Origin: Cystobasidiomycetes sp. EMM_F5
Taxonomy: Eukaryota
DNA length: 64,000 nt
NCBI GenBank assembly: GCA_051047955.1
Contig: JBPGPT010000004.1
Location: forward strand, 496,001 to 560,000
Direction: 5' to 3'
How positions within the stretch are numbered: the stretch's first letter is position 1; every line of letters starts with the position of its first letter. This document shows, piece by piece, positions 36,913 through 47,378 of this stretch. The position numbers and the translations under genes were made by a program. The notes under the pieces are model-generated. The model saw only the letters and a program-made list of their open reading frames with translations. It was not told where the DNA came from and did not search any database.

Positions 36913-38402
36913 CTACGACCCTCCCACTTTCCAGAGTCTCCTGCTCTGTACTGGCTTCTTGACAATATTGACGTTACCGCTGCCAGCCCCGTTGCCAAAT
37001 CCAAAGGCGAGCACTACGGTCTCCTCGTAGTCTACGGGACCACTGGTGGATCCCTGACCTTTTTGAGCTAGCTTCTTGCGATCCGCAATACACCGCTTGG
37101 CTAACGCAAAGCGTGACTGATCCGTCAGTACGTCCCCTGCCCCGGCGCCGAGCGAGGGCGATTCGACGACGGCTTTGAACAGCTCGAACGGCAAGCACGA
37201 GTACACAAGTCGGAGAATGGATTGTGACTCCGTCGCTTGCTGTGGACTGGTTTGTGAGGCGGAGAATGCATGAAGTGACGTAGGAAGACTCGTCACAAGG
37301 CGAGACCTGCAGATCACTCTAAGCGGGTGCAGAAAGTCTGAATTTTAATGTATACTTACACCAGTGCTTGCTGCAGAGTATGCGACCAGCTTAGCTCTTC
37401 AGCACTTTGCGACATGGCCGCCCTCTGTTGCAAGCGTTCGTTGTAGTCTACCCAAAATTTGCATTGTGATGGCGACACGATGCCGTCGATGGTTTCCAAA
37501 CAGACTTGTCCTGCAAACCGGATGAGGCCAGGTAGTTGAAGGAGCAGAGCGGCGGATAGTACGCCAGGTGCATTGGCTGCGTTCAGACTGGCTAAGGAAC
37601 GGGTGGAGTATAAATAGCCAATGGCTAGCACGATTGCCTCTGCATATGTAACAGTCTCATTAGGACTGACGCTCATCTCTGTGGTGCAAAGTAACGCCTA
37701 CCATTGGTAACGTCGTCTAGGTTTTCCAATGGCAAGACCAGATCTCTCACACTGCCGTTACCTATACTGGCCGACTGGGGGATATTAGGGTAATGCTGTA
37801 AGAGTTCGGCTAACGTCGGTGATGTGCTAATGATGAGGGAGTGGAGCCGTAACGGTTGCTGGGAAGGGCGAGTGTGCAGGGCAACGTCTGCAAATTCCCC
37901 GCTAGAAATCGCGCAATGTTAGAAATACTCTGAGAAGGGAGGCACTGCCATGCTAACTTACCGGATGAAACCACGCTGATACTAAACATGCATCAACAGT
38001 CAAAGCGGCGCTCTTAAATCAGTAGTCGAGGTTCGGCAATAATCCAAAACGCACAATGTGATCCAAAAGAGCGCTCTCTTCCGACATTGACCCGTCTTCG
38101 ACTGTGCTCGACAAGCTCGACGAGGCCAAGCTCTCGTCCGCCCTCCCACGGTCCGTTGTGCTCGCAGAGGTTGTCGTTCTCGAGTGACCGTTTATTCCGT
38201 TTACGTTTGCGACGAGCCCGTCGATGATGCCGCTTCCAAAGTGACTGGCACTCCCAGCTGGCGACGGGCTGTCCGCTGAGCCCGTGTCCTTCGACTTACC
38301 CTTTGCCAGGCTGGTGCTCGTAACATTGTCTGGCGTCGAAAAGGCAGGCGAGGACAATGGGCCAGACGACGAAGAGGCACTCTGCTGCGGCATGATGGTC
38401 AT
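36913..38402 (-). CDS. BTB/POZ-like domain protein
   Basis: Spliced GEFADVALHTRPSQQPLRLHSLIISTSPTLAELL, then AIGYLYS..VLSAALLLQL, LPFELFKAVVES and C-terminal RRLWKV. Confidence 0.65.
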
Positions 38403-38664
38403 ATGCGATGCTCGAATCGGCGCTGGCAGCAGTCTGGTGATGGTGGGTGCAGGCAAAGGTCTTTGATCTTGTCGGAAAGGCAAAGAGCAAGCAAACGAGG
38501 TTTCCGAAATATGGCAATTTCCATCAAGCATTCTCACAACACAGTTTCAAGGCGAGCGTCTGCATTGCTCACGTCGGAAGCCCGTTAGACTACATAACTA
38601 TCCGCCAACATTCACTTCTCCCAAAACACCCACCCAAAGATTCCGAATTCTGTACGGAGACAAT

Positions 38665-40546
38665 CTACATCACCGCACTTGCAGCAACGTCAGCTGCGCT
38701 TGTTGAACTATCGCCCTCTTGTGCATCTGCGTCGGGCGCTGCAAAGACGACATTGTCATCGTTACTGTCGCGAACATTCTTGAGCAAACGCCCGTGCATT
38801 CTGCCCTTGATGTATTCTTCGCCTATGATCTCCACGCCCCGTCGAATGACGTCGACCATGATATCTTCGACCCACTCGTTGTCTTCAAATGGAATGTCGA
38901 GCCAGCTGCCCGGTATGGCTTGGGTCAAGGTACGATGTATGAGCGAATTTGTCGGGTCGCGAAGAATCAAGATAAAGTAGAGTTGCTTGTCCATGTCATC
39001 ACTGCTTGCTGCCGGAGCTACAGCCTCGTCCTCTGTCGAGTCGCTCTTCTCTGCCACGGCAGGTAGTGCGAAGGGTAAAGGTGCCATCACAGCCTGTATC
39101 CGCATGTAGACTGGGCATCTCGTTACTGGTACGGTGAGGGCAGATTGACTTCGACTTCTGCCATGGCTTGGCTTAGGCTTGTCACCTCCTGCTTCTGCGT
39201 CGAGCAACTCGTCAGGCTTCTTGTAATGCTGCTTGATCAACGCCTCAAGGTTCGCTTCCGCCAGCTTGTAGCCTTCGTGGAGTCCAGAAATAGTATTCAG
39301 GTTCCGTTCTTCGCCGTCGTCGTCCTCGTTGGTGGCTGCATCATCCGACTGCCCTCTGTTGACAACCAATTCACCACCTTCAACCTGTTCCATAATCTGC
39401 AGACGAAGCCCAATGAGCGCAATAAAAGAGCCAAGCATATAAATTTGTCTCACCTTTGAGAGCGCTCGGTAAACTAGCGTCTCCACTCCCTCGTAACCCT
39501 TCATGTCGTGACTGAGATTCACCTCTATGACTTCATGTTCGGCGATAGGCGGAGCAACGGCATCAATGACCTCCCTGAATGCCTTCATGCCCGTCTCGGC
39601 AATATCGCGGCGTAGCTTGTCGACATCAACTCCAACGGCTGAAGGCATGGATTGGATCATATTGAAGACACCGCTCCTCCATCGTGCAGCCTGTTCTGTT
39701 GCTGCCGAGACTGCAGCCGTTCCGCGCTCAGTAGCGGCCGTTGGCGAAGGAAGCGATGTGGGCAGGTTCTTGGGTAGATTCTTCGATACTTGCTGTAATG
39801 CGGCAAAAGAGGATCAGTTCTCAGTTAGATGAGCATTGTTTCCAAAAACTGACCTCTTCGGCGACCGTCCTGGCTTGTTGGACGACTGCGCTCGCGGCAC
39901 CCCACACGGAACCCCAGCCCCATCCGCCAGCTGCGGGCTGCTCTGGGTCGACCCTCGCTTGTGCAGACGTGGCAGGAGTGGCCTTCTGCTTCTCGGCAGA
40001 ACGCGTGGCCGTGGAGGAACCGCTTGCTTGCTGAGTTGCACTTGATGCAGGCGTTGCGGGACGACCTCCTGGCTGAAGATATGACGCTCGACCGGTTGAT
40101 GGAGAATTGACTGAACGAGTAGAAGAGGGAACACTAGTCGAGATTGCATTATCGCGCAGTGTCGTCCGGGAACTAGACCGTGGGATTGTGCTTGATGTGT
40201 TGGATCCGGCGGCACCAGCAGACGATGAACCAGACGCAGCGGCACCGTTCGAAGACGTAGATGCCTTCTTGCTAGTCAGAGCGGCAGAAGCTCGCTTGTC
40301 GCGACTTGCAACGATATCATCCAGAAAGTCAAGCACGCTCTGCGCATCATCCGCGTCCCCTTTGCCAGCAGCAGAGGCAGCTCCAGAATGTGAAGACGAG
40401 GCCTTTCCGTGCGTTCCAGCACTGCCTGACGGTGGTGGAGGTGCGACGGTGTCCAAATTGTCGAATTCATCAAACAGGTTCATGACATCCTCGCGCGACC
40501 GAGCCTGGACCGCGCCAGACTTGGAGGGCGTAGCTGGCCGTGACAT
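38665..40546 (-). CDS. MTC1: Maintenance of telomere capping protein 1-like
   Basis: SVLDFLDD, GGWGWGSVW, APPIAEHEVI..LSHDMKGYEGVETLVYRALSKIMEQVEGG, TLTQAIPGSW and EWVED. Confidence 0.8.
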
Positions 40547-40844
40547 GGCTGTGTGTCCACGACGCAGACAATCTGGCGTGGGCGTGAAGCAGTTGTTGAT
40601 GTTGTCAGATTAGATTGGGGCAAAGGTCAGCTTGGCTTCGGGTAATGATATCCTGCTATTTCGGCATTTGAAGTGATTCAGATACAACGACACAGGCTGC
40701 TACTTCTGTCTGTATATGCATCCTGTCCAACGCACGAAAGCCATACCTGCAGGCTGTAAACTACACCAGCCATGCAACCTGCTACGCGTGCGGAGAAGCA
40801 TGGACTCATGGCAACCAATTGGTCACTACAATATCGAGAGATGA

Positions 40845-41927
40845 TTACAGATCTATATTCATAAAAAGAGGAAGTCAGATCTGGGAGAACAGCACCTTGT
40901 ACTTGACCATACCCGGATTGAGGTCCAGATCGAATGTACTAAAGTCCTCTTCTTCGAGATATCTTGCAACCGACGCCAGCGATTTGCGGGTGGTCGATGT
41001 TTGATGTACGGGCTTGATGTCTGAACTGGGCCCTGATGCTGCCGCTTGCTCGCCTGTAATAGCAATTGCTGGTGCTGGTGGGGCTGTTCGGCCGCGATGA
41101 TGTATCGTCATTGTACGTTTAGTAACAGATACGGAGAGACAACCATGAAGAAACATCAATGACGACCCATTGCATATTCCTTAATGACAGAGACGACGTA
41201 CCTCCAGCGGCAGCCGTAGTCTCGCCAATTTCGCCAACTTCTGCAAAGGCTAAACGACCGCGTCGCATCACCTCCTCTGTTGGATAGGGGAGTATGGCAC
41301 CTGGGCCAAGGTCCGCCAAGCTTGCTGCCTGGTTTCCTTCTGGCAGTATACTGCGGGGCGGAGCAGATGTGAATGGAGCCAGTAGCCGAGCATATGAGAG
41401 GATAGTTGACGGTGTCAACTGTGCTGGATGAAGAAGTTCTTTAGGCGTGAGATAAGATGCAAACATCGACGTATATACTTACCCTTCTCAGCCTGCTGTA
41501 TGGCTTCCCTCTCCTTTGCGCCTTGCGTCAGTAGCTTTTCGAGCAAAACGCGGTTGTTTTCGAGCTGGATGACTTCGCTAGCCCATTCTTTCTCGTACAC
41601 TTCAAGTTGAGCTTCCAACTGCTCTATTCTCCGCTGATTCCGTACATGCTGTCCCGCTTTGTCTAGCAAGATTGCCAATCTTTCGTCAAGCTGACCCAAG
41701 GCGCGCAAGGAGGATATCGTCGATGGTGCAGCGCTGCTCGATGCGGCTTTTGCACTTGGCTGATTCGTTGCAGCTAAGCCAGTCCCGGCATATGAAGGTC
41801 GCGATAGATCATCAAAGATTGTACTGACATGTTCAGAGAATTGCGACAGAACTGCCAGCAACGACGCCGAGACGGGCACTTCGTCTGAAGCTACTCCATC
41901 AACTGGCAGTACAAACGGCGCCGTCAT
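40845..41927 (-). CDS. MED4: Mediator complex subunit 4
   Basis: Coiled coil, ILSYARLLAPFTSAPP and PYPTEEVMRRGRL; ends FDLDLNP|DL* via an 8-nt terminal coding exon (40845-40852). Confidence 0.85.
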
Positions 41928-42149
41928 GGCTGCAGATTGTACACTCTCATGGCAGTCGAGCGAGCATGATGTCGGCGTTCATGAATTGAAACAGAGACAA
42001 CACTCCAGTACAACAGCTAGCAAGTTGGCAGACGAGTGAAATGAACATGCACGTCTCGCTAAAAAAGATGATAAACGCCAGCACGCAGCTTATGGCAGAC
42101 TGCCCTGTGCGCGAAACACAGTACAGCCTGACGGGTAGAATTGTCACCA

Positions 42150-42371
42150 TCATCGATGGTTACGGACACGAGAGGCGCCTCGTTTGCGCTTCTTGGAATT
42201 CACCCCGCCTCCTGCTGGATTTGCTGCGGGATTGTCAGCAGCTTGAAGCCCGCCGGCGTTGCGGATTACGGCTTGTTGCAGTAACGACTGTTGTCGGGGC
42301 GTGGAGGAGGCAAGCAAGTGGTTCGGATGCACACTTGCGTATTGGAAAGGAGCACCGGGAGGAAGAGGCAT
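42150..42371 (-). CDS. Microprotein paralog 1 (73 aa; QYAS...KKRKRG)
   Basis: MPLPPGAPFQYASVHPNHLLASSTPRQQSLLQQAVIR...NSKKRKRGASRVRNHR*; clear similarity to 42807-43007. Confidence 0.7.
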   Translation of the reverse strand: MPLPPGAPFQYASVHPNHLLASSTPRQQSLLQQAVIRNAGGLQAADNPAANPAGGGVNSKKRKRGASRVRNHR

Positions 42372-42433
42372 GATCTTTCTTTGCGGTCGCGACGTGGATG
42401 GGGAAACTGCCAGTGCGCGTCAAGTGTGGAGAT

Positions 42434-42455
42434 GTCACGCAAGCAAGAGTGCGGC
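42434..42455 (-). promoter_or_regulatory. Shared upstream element (plus strand GTCA-N4-AGCAA-N4-GC), copy 1
   Basis: gtca cgca agcaa gagt gcggc, about 63 nt upstream of the paralog-1 ATG. Confidence 0.55.
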
Positions 42456-42806
42456 ATAGCGGCAGGAGCATTCATCACACGGTGTCACAGCTGGTGATGC
42501 ACAGCCGCGTGGTGCAGCAATGTATTGTAGTGACATGCCATCTATTTGCTGCTGCTTCAAGCTCGCAGCTACGCAAGTTGGTACAGATGAAACATCATGC
42601 TCACAGAAAACGTGGATGTGATAGTGCCGATGAGCTGACACGAAGGCGAGACTTAAAGTAGTATACCGAGGCGCGAGAGATAATCGAGGCGAGAGGCAGG
42701 CAGCCGCGCGAGGGTTTAATGTGTAGGCTAATAATGATGCTTCGCTATCGTACTATTCAATATGAAGCTGTTGGCCGTCGAAGCTTGTCATGATTGATGC
42801 CAGCTC

Positions 42807-43007
42807 TCATCGAATGAGGGAACTGGCCCCACGTTTGCGCTTCCTGGTGGGGACTACGCTCACAGGGGCGGGCAGCAGACTGTTGCGAGGTGCGAAGCCC
42901 GACCCCATGACAGCTCGACGTAACAGAGATTGAGATGTCTGGGCTGGAAGCAGTTGGCTTGGGTGCGCGCTTGCATACTGGAGTGGTAAGTTGTTGAAGG
43001 TAGGCAT
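42807..43007 (-). CDS. Microprotein paralog 2 (66 aa; QYAS...RKRKRG)
   Basis: MPTFNNLPLQYASAHPSQLLPAQTSQSLLRRAVM...PTRKRKRGASSLIR*. Confidence 0.7.
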   Translation of the reverse strand: MPTFNNLPLQYASAHPSQLLPAQTSQSLLRRAVMGSGFAPRNSLLPAPVSVVPTRKRKRGASSLIR

Positions 43008-43077
43008 TGTCAGCTGTTGATGTCACGAGTAGGAAATGGAGAATGATTGCGCATAACCGAAAGATGAGCGGAGAAGC

Positions 43078-43099
43078 GTCACTTCAGCAAAATCGCAGG
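43078..43099 (-). promoter_or_regulatory. Shared upstream element, copy 2
   Basis: gtca cttc agcaa aatc gcagg, about 71 nt upstream of the paralog-2 ATG. Confidence 0.55.
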
Positions 43100-43448
43100 T
43101 CCATCAGCGACGGATCAAGCAGTGCCGCAGCAGTACAAGCACAGCCATCCGTCAAGAGGAGGGAATTTGCCACCCGTTTGCTGATCAAGCCCCAGAACCG
43201 TGCAGAATCGCCAAAGGCATTGAGCTCCGAAAAGCCCTAGGGTTGGTAACACCCAGATGTTGGTTGATTCATTCGCAAGTACGCAAACTTGGACCAGTTG
43301 ATTTCCATATTCAGGCCTTTATTCATTGGTAAAACGAGACTCCGACAAAGTCATGTCTAGCATGCCAAAATGTTGACAGACTATGCTGTATGAGAAACGT
43401 GCTTACGAGATCTACTCGTCATCGAAAGCCTGACGCTTCCCGCTAGCT

Positions 43449-43610
43449 CTATCGCCGAAGATTTGGCACGACACCGCGTTTGCGCTTCCGGGATAGGGGT
43501 ATACCTACCGGACCGGCCGGAAAAGTGTTGGAAAGCGTGAAAGCATACTGTGGTTGGCCATGGGTTGCAGCAGCCTGGCTTGACCGGCGGCCGCTCACGT
43601 TCGAAGTCAT
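43449..43610 (-). CDS. Microprotein paralog 3 (53 aa, absent from the ORF track; QYA...RKRKRG)
   Basis: Hand translation: MTSNVSGRRSSQAAATHGQPQYAFTLSNTFPAGPVGIPLSRKRKRGVVPNLRR*. Confidence 0.6.
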   Translation of the reverse strand: MTSNVSGRRSSQAAATHGQPQYAFTLSNTFPAGPVGIPLSRKRKRGVVPNLRR

Positions 43611-43744
43611 ACTCGAGTATCGCAGTGACGAATTGATGGTGGAGTTTGTGATCGGAGTAGTGTGGAGTAGTGATGATAATGCGTACTGGTGTCACAAAAT
43701 GCGTGGATCAAATGACAGCCTAAGGTGAGATGCTAAGGAGAGAT

Positions 43745-43766
43745 GTCATCTCAGCAAATTGGCGGC
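43745..43766 (-). promoter_or_regulatory. Shared upstream element, copy 3
   Basis: gtca tctc agcaa attg gcggc, about 135 nt upstream of the paralog-3 ATG. Confidence 0.55.
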
Positions 43767-44192
43767 TATAAGTACATCACACAGTGCGCTGCCACAGCTA
43801 GTCAAACACAGGCAGACGCCGGAAAAGACCCAATTGAGTGACGTGTGCTTCGTGTGTTGCAGATAAGCTGAAGCGAAGACTGTGTGAACAAGATGTGGAC
43901 AGCCACCTCGCGTACCCTGTGCGGTGATCCCGCGAGGGCTGCACGGTAGCGATGTTAGCTAGGAAGTCAGTATACGTCTTCGACTCGCATCAGTCCACAT
44001 GTGGCAAACGGGGTAAGGAATAGGTCTGGACGACTGCGGGATAGATTGCATAGATGTCGATACTTGCGTTTAACGTATACATCGTGACATGGGATAGCAC
44101 ATCTATTAAGAGAGGAGAGGAATTAGGCACAAGCACTTTGCATGCACCAAATGCCTGAGGTGTAGTCGTCGAAAACGCTACAAGTTGCCCGC

Positions 44193-45322
44193 TCAAAGGT
44201 CGGCATCCTCCTCATCAGGCAGAGGCATGGCGGAAGCAGCCTCCATCTCCTTTGCGTATTGCTCGAGAAGCGCCTGGTCGACGACAGCTTCGGGTGGTGC
44301 AAGAGCAGCCTCAGCTACAAACTCGAGAGACGAGTTGCTTGAAGATCGGATCGTTAGCATCGCTCGCTTTTTGACTGGACAGATCAACATGGGACTTACC
44401 CAACCAATTTTCTTGCGAGCCAGAGGAATGGCTTTTCGAAATTGTAGTTTGACTTTGCGGAAATTTCATAGTATTGCAAATTCTTTTTGCGGTGGAAAGT
44501 GACTGTGCTCGTCTTGACTTTGCGCTCCTGAAAGATTATACAGGTGAATCAGCTCCGCATGAAATGTCCGTATCGATGCAGTCTGACTGACCTTTACGTC
44601 AACCTTGTTGCCGCATAGGACGATTGGAATATTTTCGCAGACGCGCTCGAGATCACGGTGCCAGTTTGGTACATTCTTGTAGGTAATCTTGGAGGTGACG
44701 TCAAACATGATAATTCCGCACTGTCCTTGAATGTAGTAGCCATCTCGGAGACCTCCAAACTTTTCCTGGCCTGCGGTATCCCATACGTTGAAGAGGATCT
44801 CTCCAAGGTTTGTGGTGAAGCTGTGGTAGAACATCAGCATGACTGCCGTGACGTTTCTACAATCGTGTCGAGGTTGATGTGCACGCACTTGATGGGGTGG
44901 ACCTCGACACCGAGGGTGGCTGTAGGGAAGACGACCCGGCAGATTGGCAGGTTTTAGCACTTGACGGCGTTTCGTAAGACTTCAACACGCGTTAAAGTCG
45001 CCTCACCGATGTCTGCAGGGCAGCAGAGAACGCACGAGTCAGCTTGGCTCCAACAAAGTCCAGTGAAAACCAGGCCTTGGAGGGGATGCCGTTCTTCACA
45101 TCGCTCAGCTAGCAGCTCACTCACATTTCTTTTCAAATTCTCCAGACAAGTGACGCTTGCAGTAGGTCGTCTTTCCTGTTTTGCGGTCGCCAGAGGGTTT
45201 GCAGAATGGTCAGCTCATCCTTTGATGGACCTGATACGCCTGGCTGGCTCTGAAACTTGGGTGGGCGCACCTGTACCGCCGTCACCGACGAGGACGAGCT
45301 TGAATGTTGGTGGTGTTGCCAT
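44193..45322 (-). CDS. GSP1: Ran GTPase
   Basis: [62 protein letters not shown] and acidic tail PDEEDADL; includes a 6-nt micro-exon at 45007-45012. Confidence 0.97.
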
Positions 45323-45607
45323 GATGTGCGAGATTGCTCGATATGACTGGGTATGTCCTGGGTAAGAGAGCTGCCGAGAGCAAAAAGACTTCAATTTTGG
45401 GAGCGCGAATTTGGTCGAATTGCAACAGCAAACGGCGAGGCGGGCGATATCGTGTGCAAGGTCGCGCAATACTTCACACGAACAAACATTCACCGTTGTG
45501 GGTCGTCCTTTGACGGCTTGAAGGCCAGTCCTACCCCTTGAGGTCAGACAACAGCTACAGACTGAAAGGTACATCGTATGCTACACAGACTGTGACTCGC
45601 TCATCCA

Positions 45608-46984
45608 CTAAACAACCATCTCCACGTCGCTTGTACTCTTCTTGCTATCGTCTTTCGTTGTTGTCTTAACTTGCATGTCCAGACTCGGAAAGTCTGCTCG
45701 TTCCGCCAACAAGATTTCACCCCACGCCAGCATGCGGAGCAAGTTGGGCAGCTTGGGAGTCGGTCCGTGAGACTGCGAGGTGAGAATAGCCGCATTCACC
45801 TGCGCAGCTGTCGATTGGCGATGCGCAGGATGTAGTAAGCTCGTGACGAAATCAGGTATACCACCCGTCTCCCCCTTTTCTGCACCTTTCGCAGTCGCAG
45901 AATCCATCGAGGCGGCACTCGCAGCAGCCGCAGCAGCCGCTTCTGCTGCCGCCAGATCCACATCGTACGCCAGCAGCGTCATCGTCCGCTCTAGTTCGGC
46001 TAGAAACTCGGGATGCTCTTCACCTCGTGGCGCTAGCTCCTGCTGAGCAAAGTCGAGAGCTTCGTCAATCTTCTTTTGACGGATGAGCTCAATCATTCGC
46101 TGCTGCTGCAAATGAAAGTAGAGAGAAGGGTTGTTGTCCAGAATCTGTCGCAGGGTACGACAGCGTCAGCAGCTGGCACTGAACATTACGTTATCCGGTT
46201 GATACGAGGGGTTGCGAGCTCATAAGAGACGTTATGGTTTGGTTGTGTCCTTGTCTGTCATCCTAGCTGAAGCCCACACCAAGTCGAGAACGATATGGTT
46301 TGAGCGCAGCTGAGAGTGGTGCATTGTTGTTGAATCATGGCGAAACGGGGAAGAGGAGAAGTTGCGCAGACACATTTATAGCAACTCACTTCTGGGTTCA
46401 GATCGTTGACGCGTTCTATAGCGTCCTCAATGTCGCCTTGTTGAATAGCGTTACGGATGGTCATCCGGGTCTGGATCGATTCAAAATCCGCCTGAGGATC
46501 CATGCCAGCTTCTCTTGCAAAGTTCTCGGCTGCTTCCTTGTACCCTTCGACGACAAGGTAGTCCATGACGAGCCTATTTAGGTCGCTGCAATTTTCGAGC
46601 AAAAGCAAGGTCGTCAGTCACCACAGCTGACATGACAGCAAAGACTCAGCGATGAAGATGGAGTGTGCATTCAGATACGAAGTAATGTTGTTTCCGCAGA
46701 GCCGCAGTCGCTGTGGACGTGCAGCCTTGGAGAGATTCCCACTTCTGTGTATATTTTCATCCGTAGGTCGCGGCGTTGGAAGCAGGCGAGAGGCTCGAGG
46801 GAAAGCTATCCCGCAAGGCTTTTTACTCACGATTTGTTGACCTGCACAGCGTCGAGTTTGGCATCCCAGTCTGATGGCCGGATTGCCAGGCGCTTGACGG
46901 GCGCAGCAGCTGTCGAGGCCGACTGCGAATATTTGCGAGCGAGTGTCAGTCCAGTCTTGGTGGTGGTTCATAAATGCACACCAT
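45608..46984 (-). CDS. GID8: GID/CTLH E3 complex subunit Gid8 (TWA1; LisH-CTLH-CRA)
   Basis: [67 protein letters not shown] and LERTMTLLAY; first exon appears to end at the ATG. Confidence 0.92.
46218..46342 (-). ncRNA. Intronic C/D-box snoRNA candidate, snR40/U32-like, SSU rRNA guide
   Basis: Lies in the 245-nt intron 46389-46145. C-like ATGATT, 9-nt guide ATGCACCAC complementary to 18S GUGGUGCAU, then T+CTCA (D'), C'-like GGATGA and D-like ATGA. Confidence 0.5.
46668..46767 (-). ncRNA. Intronic C/D-box snoRNA, SNORD79 (U79)-like, LSU rRNA guide
   Basis: Lies in the 245-nt intron 46830-46586. C-like GGATGA (46762-46757), 12-nt guide AGTGGGAATCTC (46743-46732) complementary to LSU GAGAUUCCCACU, D'-like CCAA, and D box CTGA (46674-46671). 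Confidence 0.65.
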
Positions 46985-47378
46985 CGCGCTCGCCTGGCAT
47001 GCCCTTGGCCAAGTTGTTGAGTTGTCTAAACGACAGCAAGGGCGACAAAGTTCAAGCTCTCTTAATGTCCGTAATCCTTTCTTTGCAATGCAACTCGTTG
47101 CTACGTCGTCCAAGTACATCTTCCTATGCACTCGGTATACTCATGCGTATGCTTGCCGTTTCCTGCTAATGTCTGTTCCCGATGCCAATAAAATGCGATG
47201 TGTCATAGGTTCCTCGCTTTTCGTTGCTTTCCTCCTCTATGCCCTCCTCCTTCCTGCCGTCTCCTACCATATTGCTGTATAAATGTCAACCTGCACATCA
47301 CTCCCTTGCCATACTTACGATTTTCTCCCCTCCTATAATTGGTACGAACTGGCTTAAAGCTTTCATCAGCTTCACAGA

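Noticed and set aside
42150..43610. Microproteins as mating lipopeptide pheromone precursors
   Set aside because: No C-terminal CAAX motif, no internal peptide repeats and no receptor gene nearby.
43381..43728. ORFs 43381-43695 (-) and 43480-43728 (+)
   Set aside because: Non-ATG starts and no motifs; they overlap the 53-aa frame that carries the shared QYA/RKRKRG motifs.
43800..44190. A fourth microprotein copy between paralog 3 and Ran
   Set aside because: No KRKR-encoding sequence or shared element found by eye.
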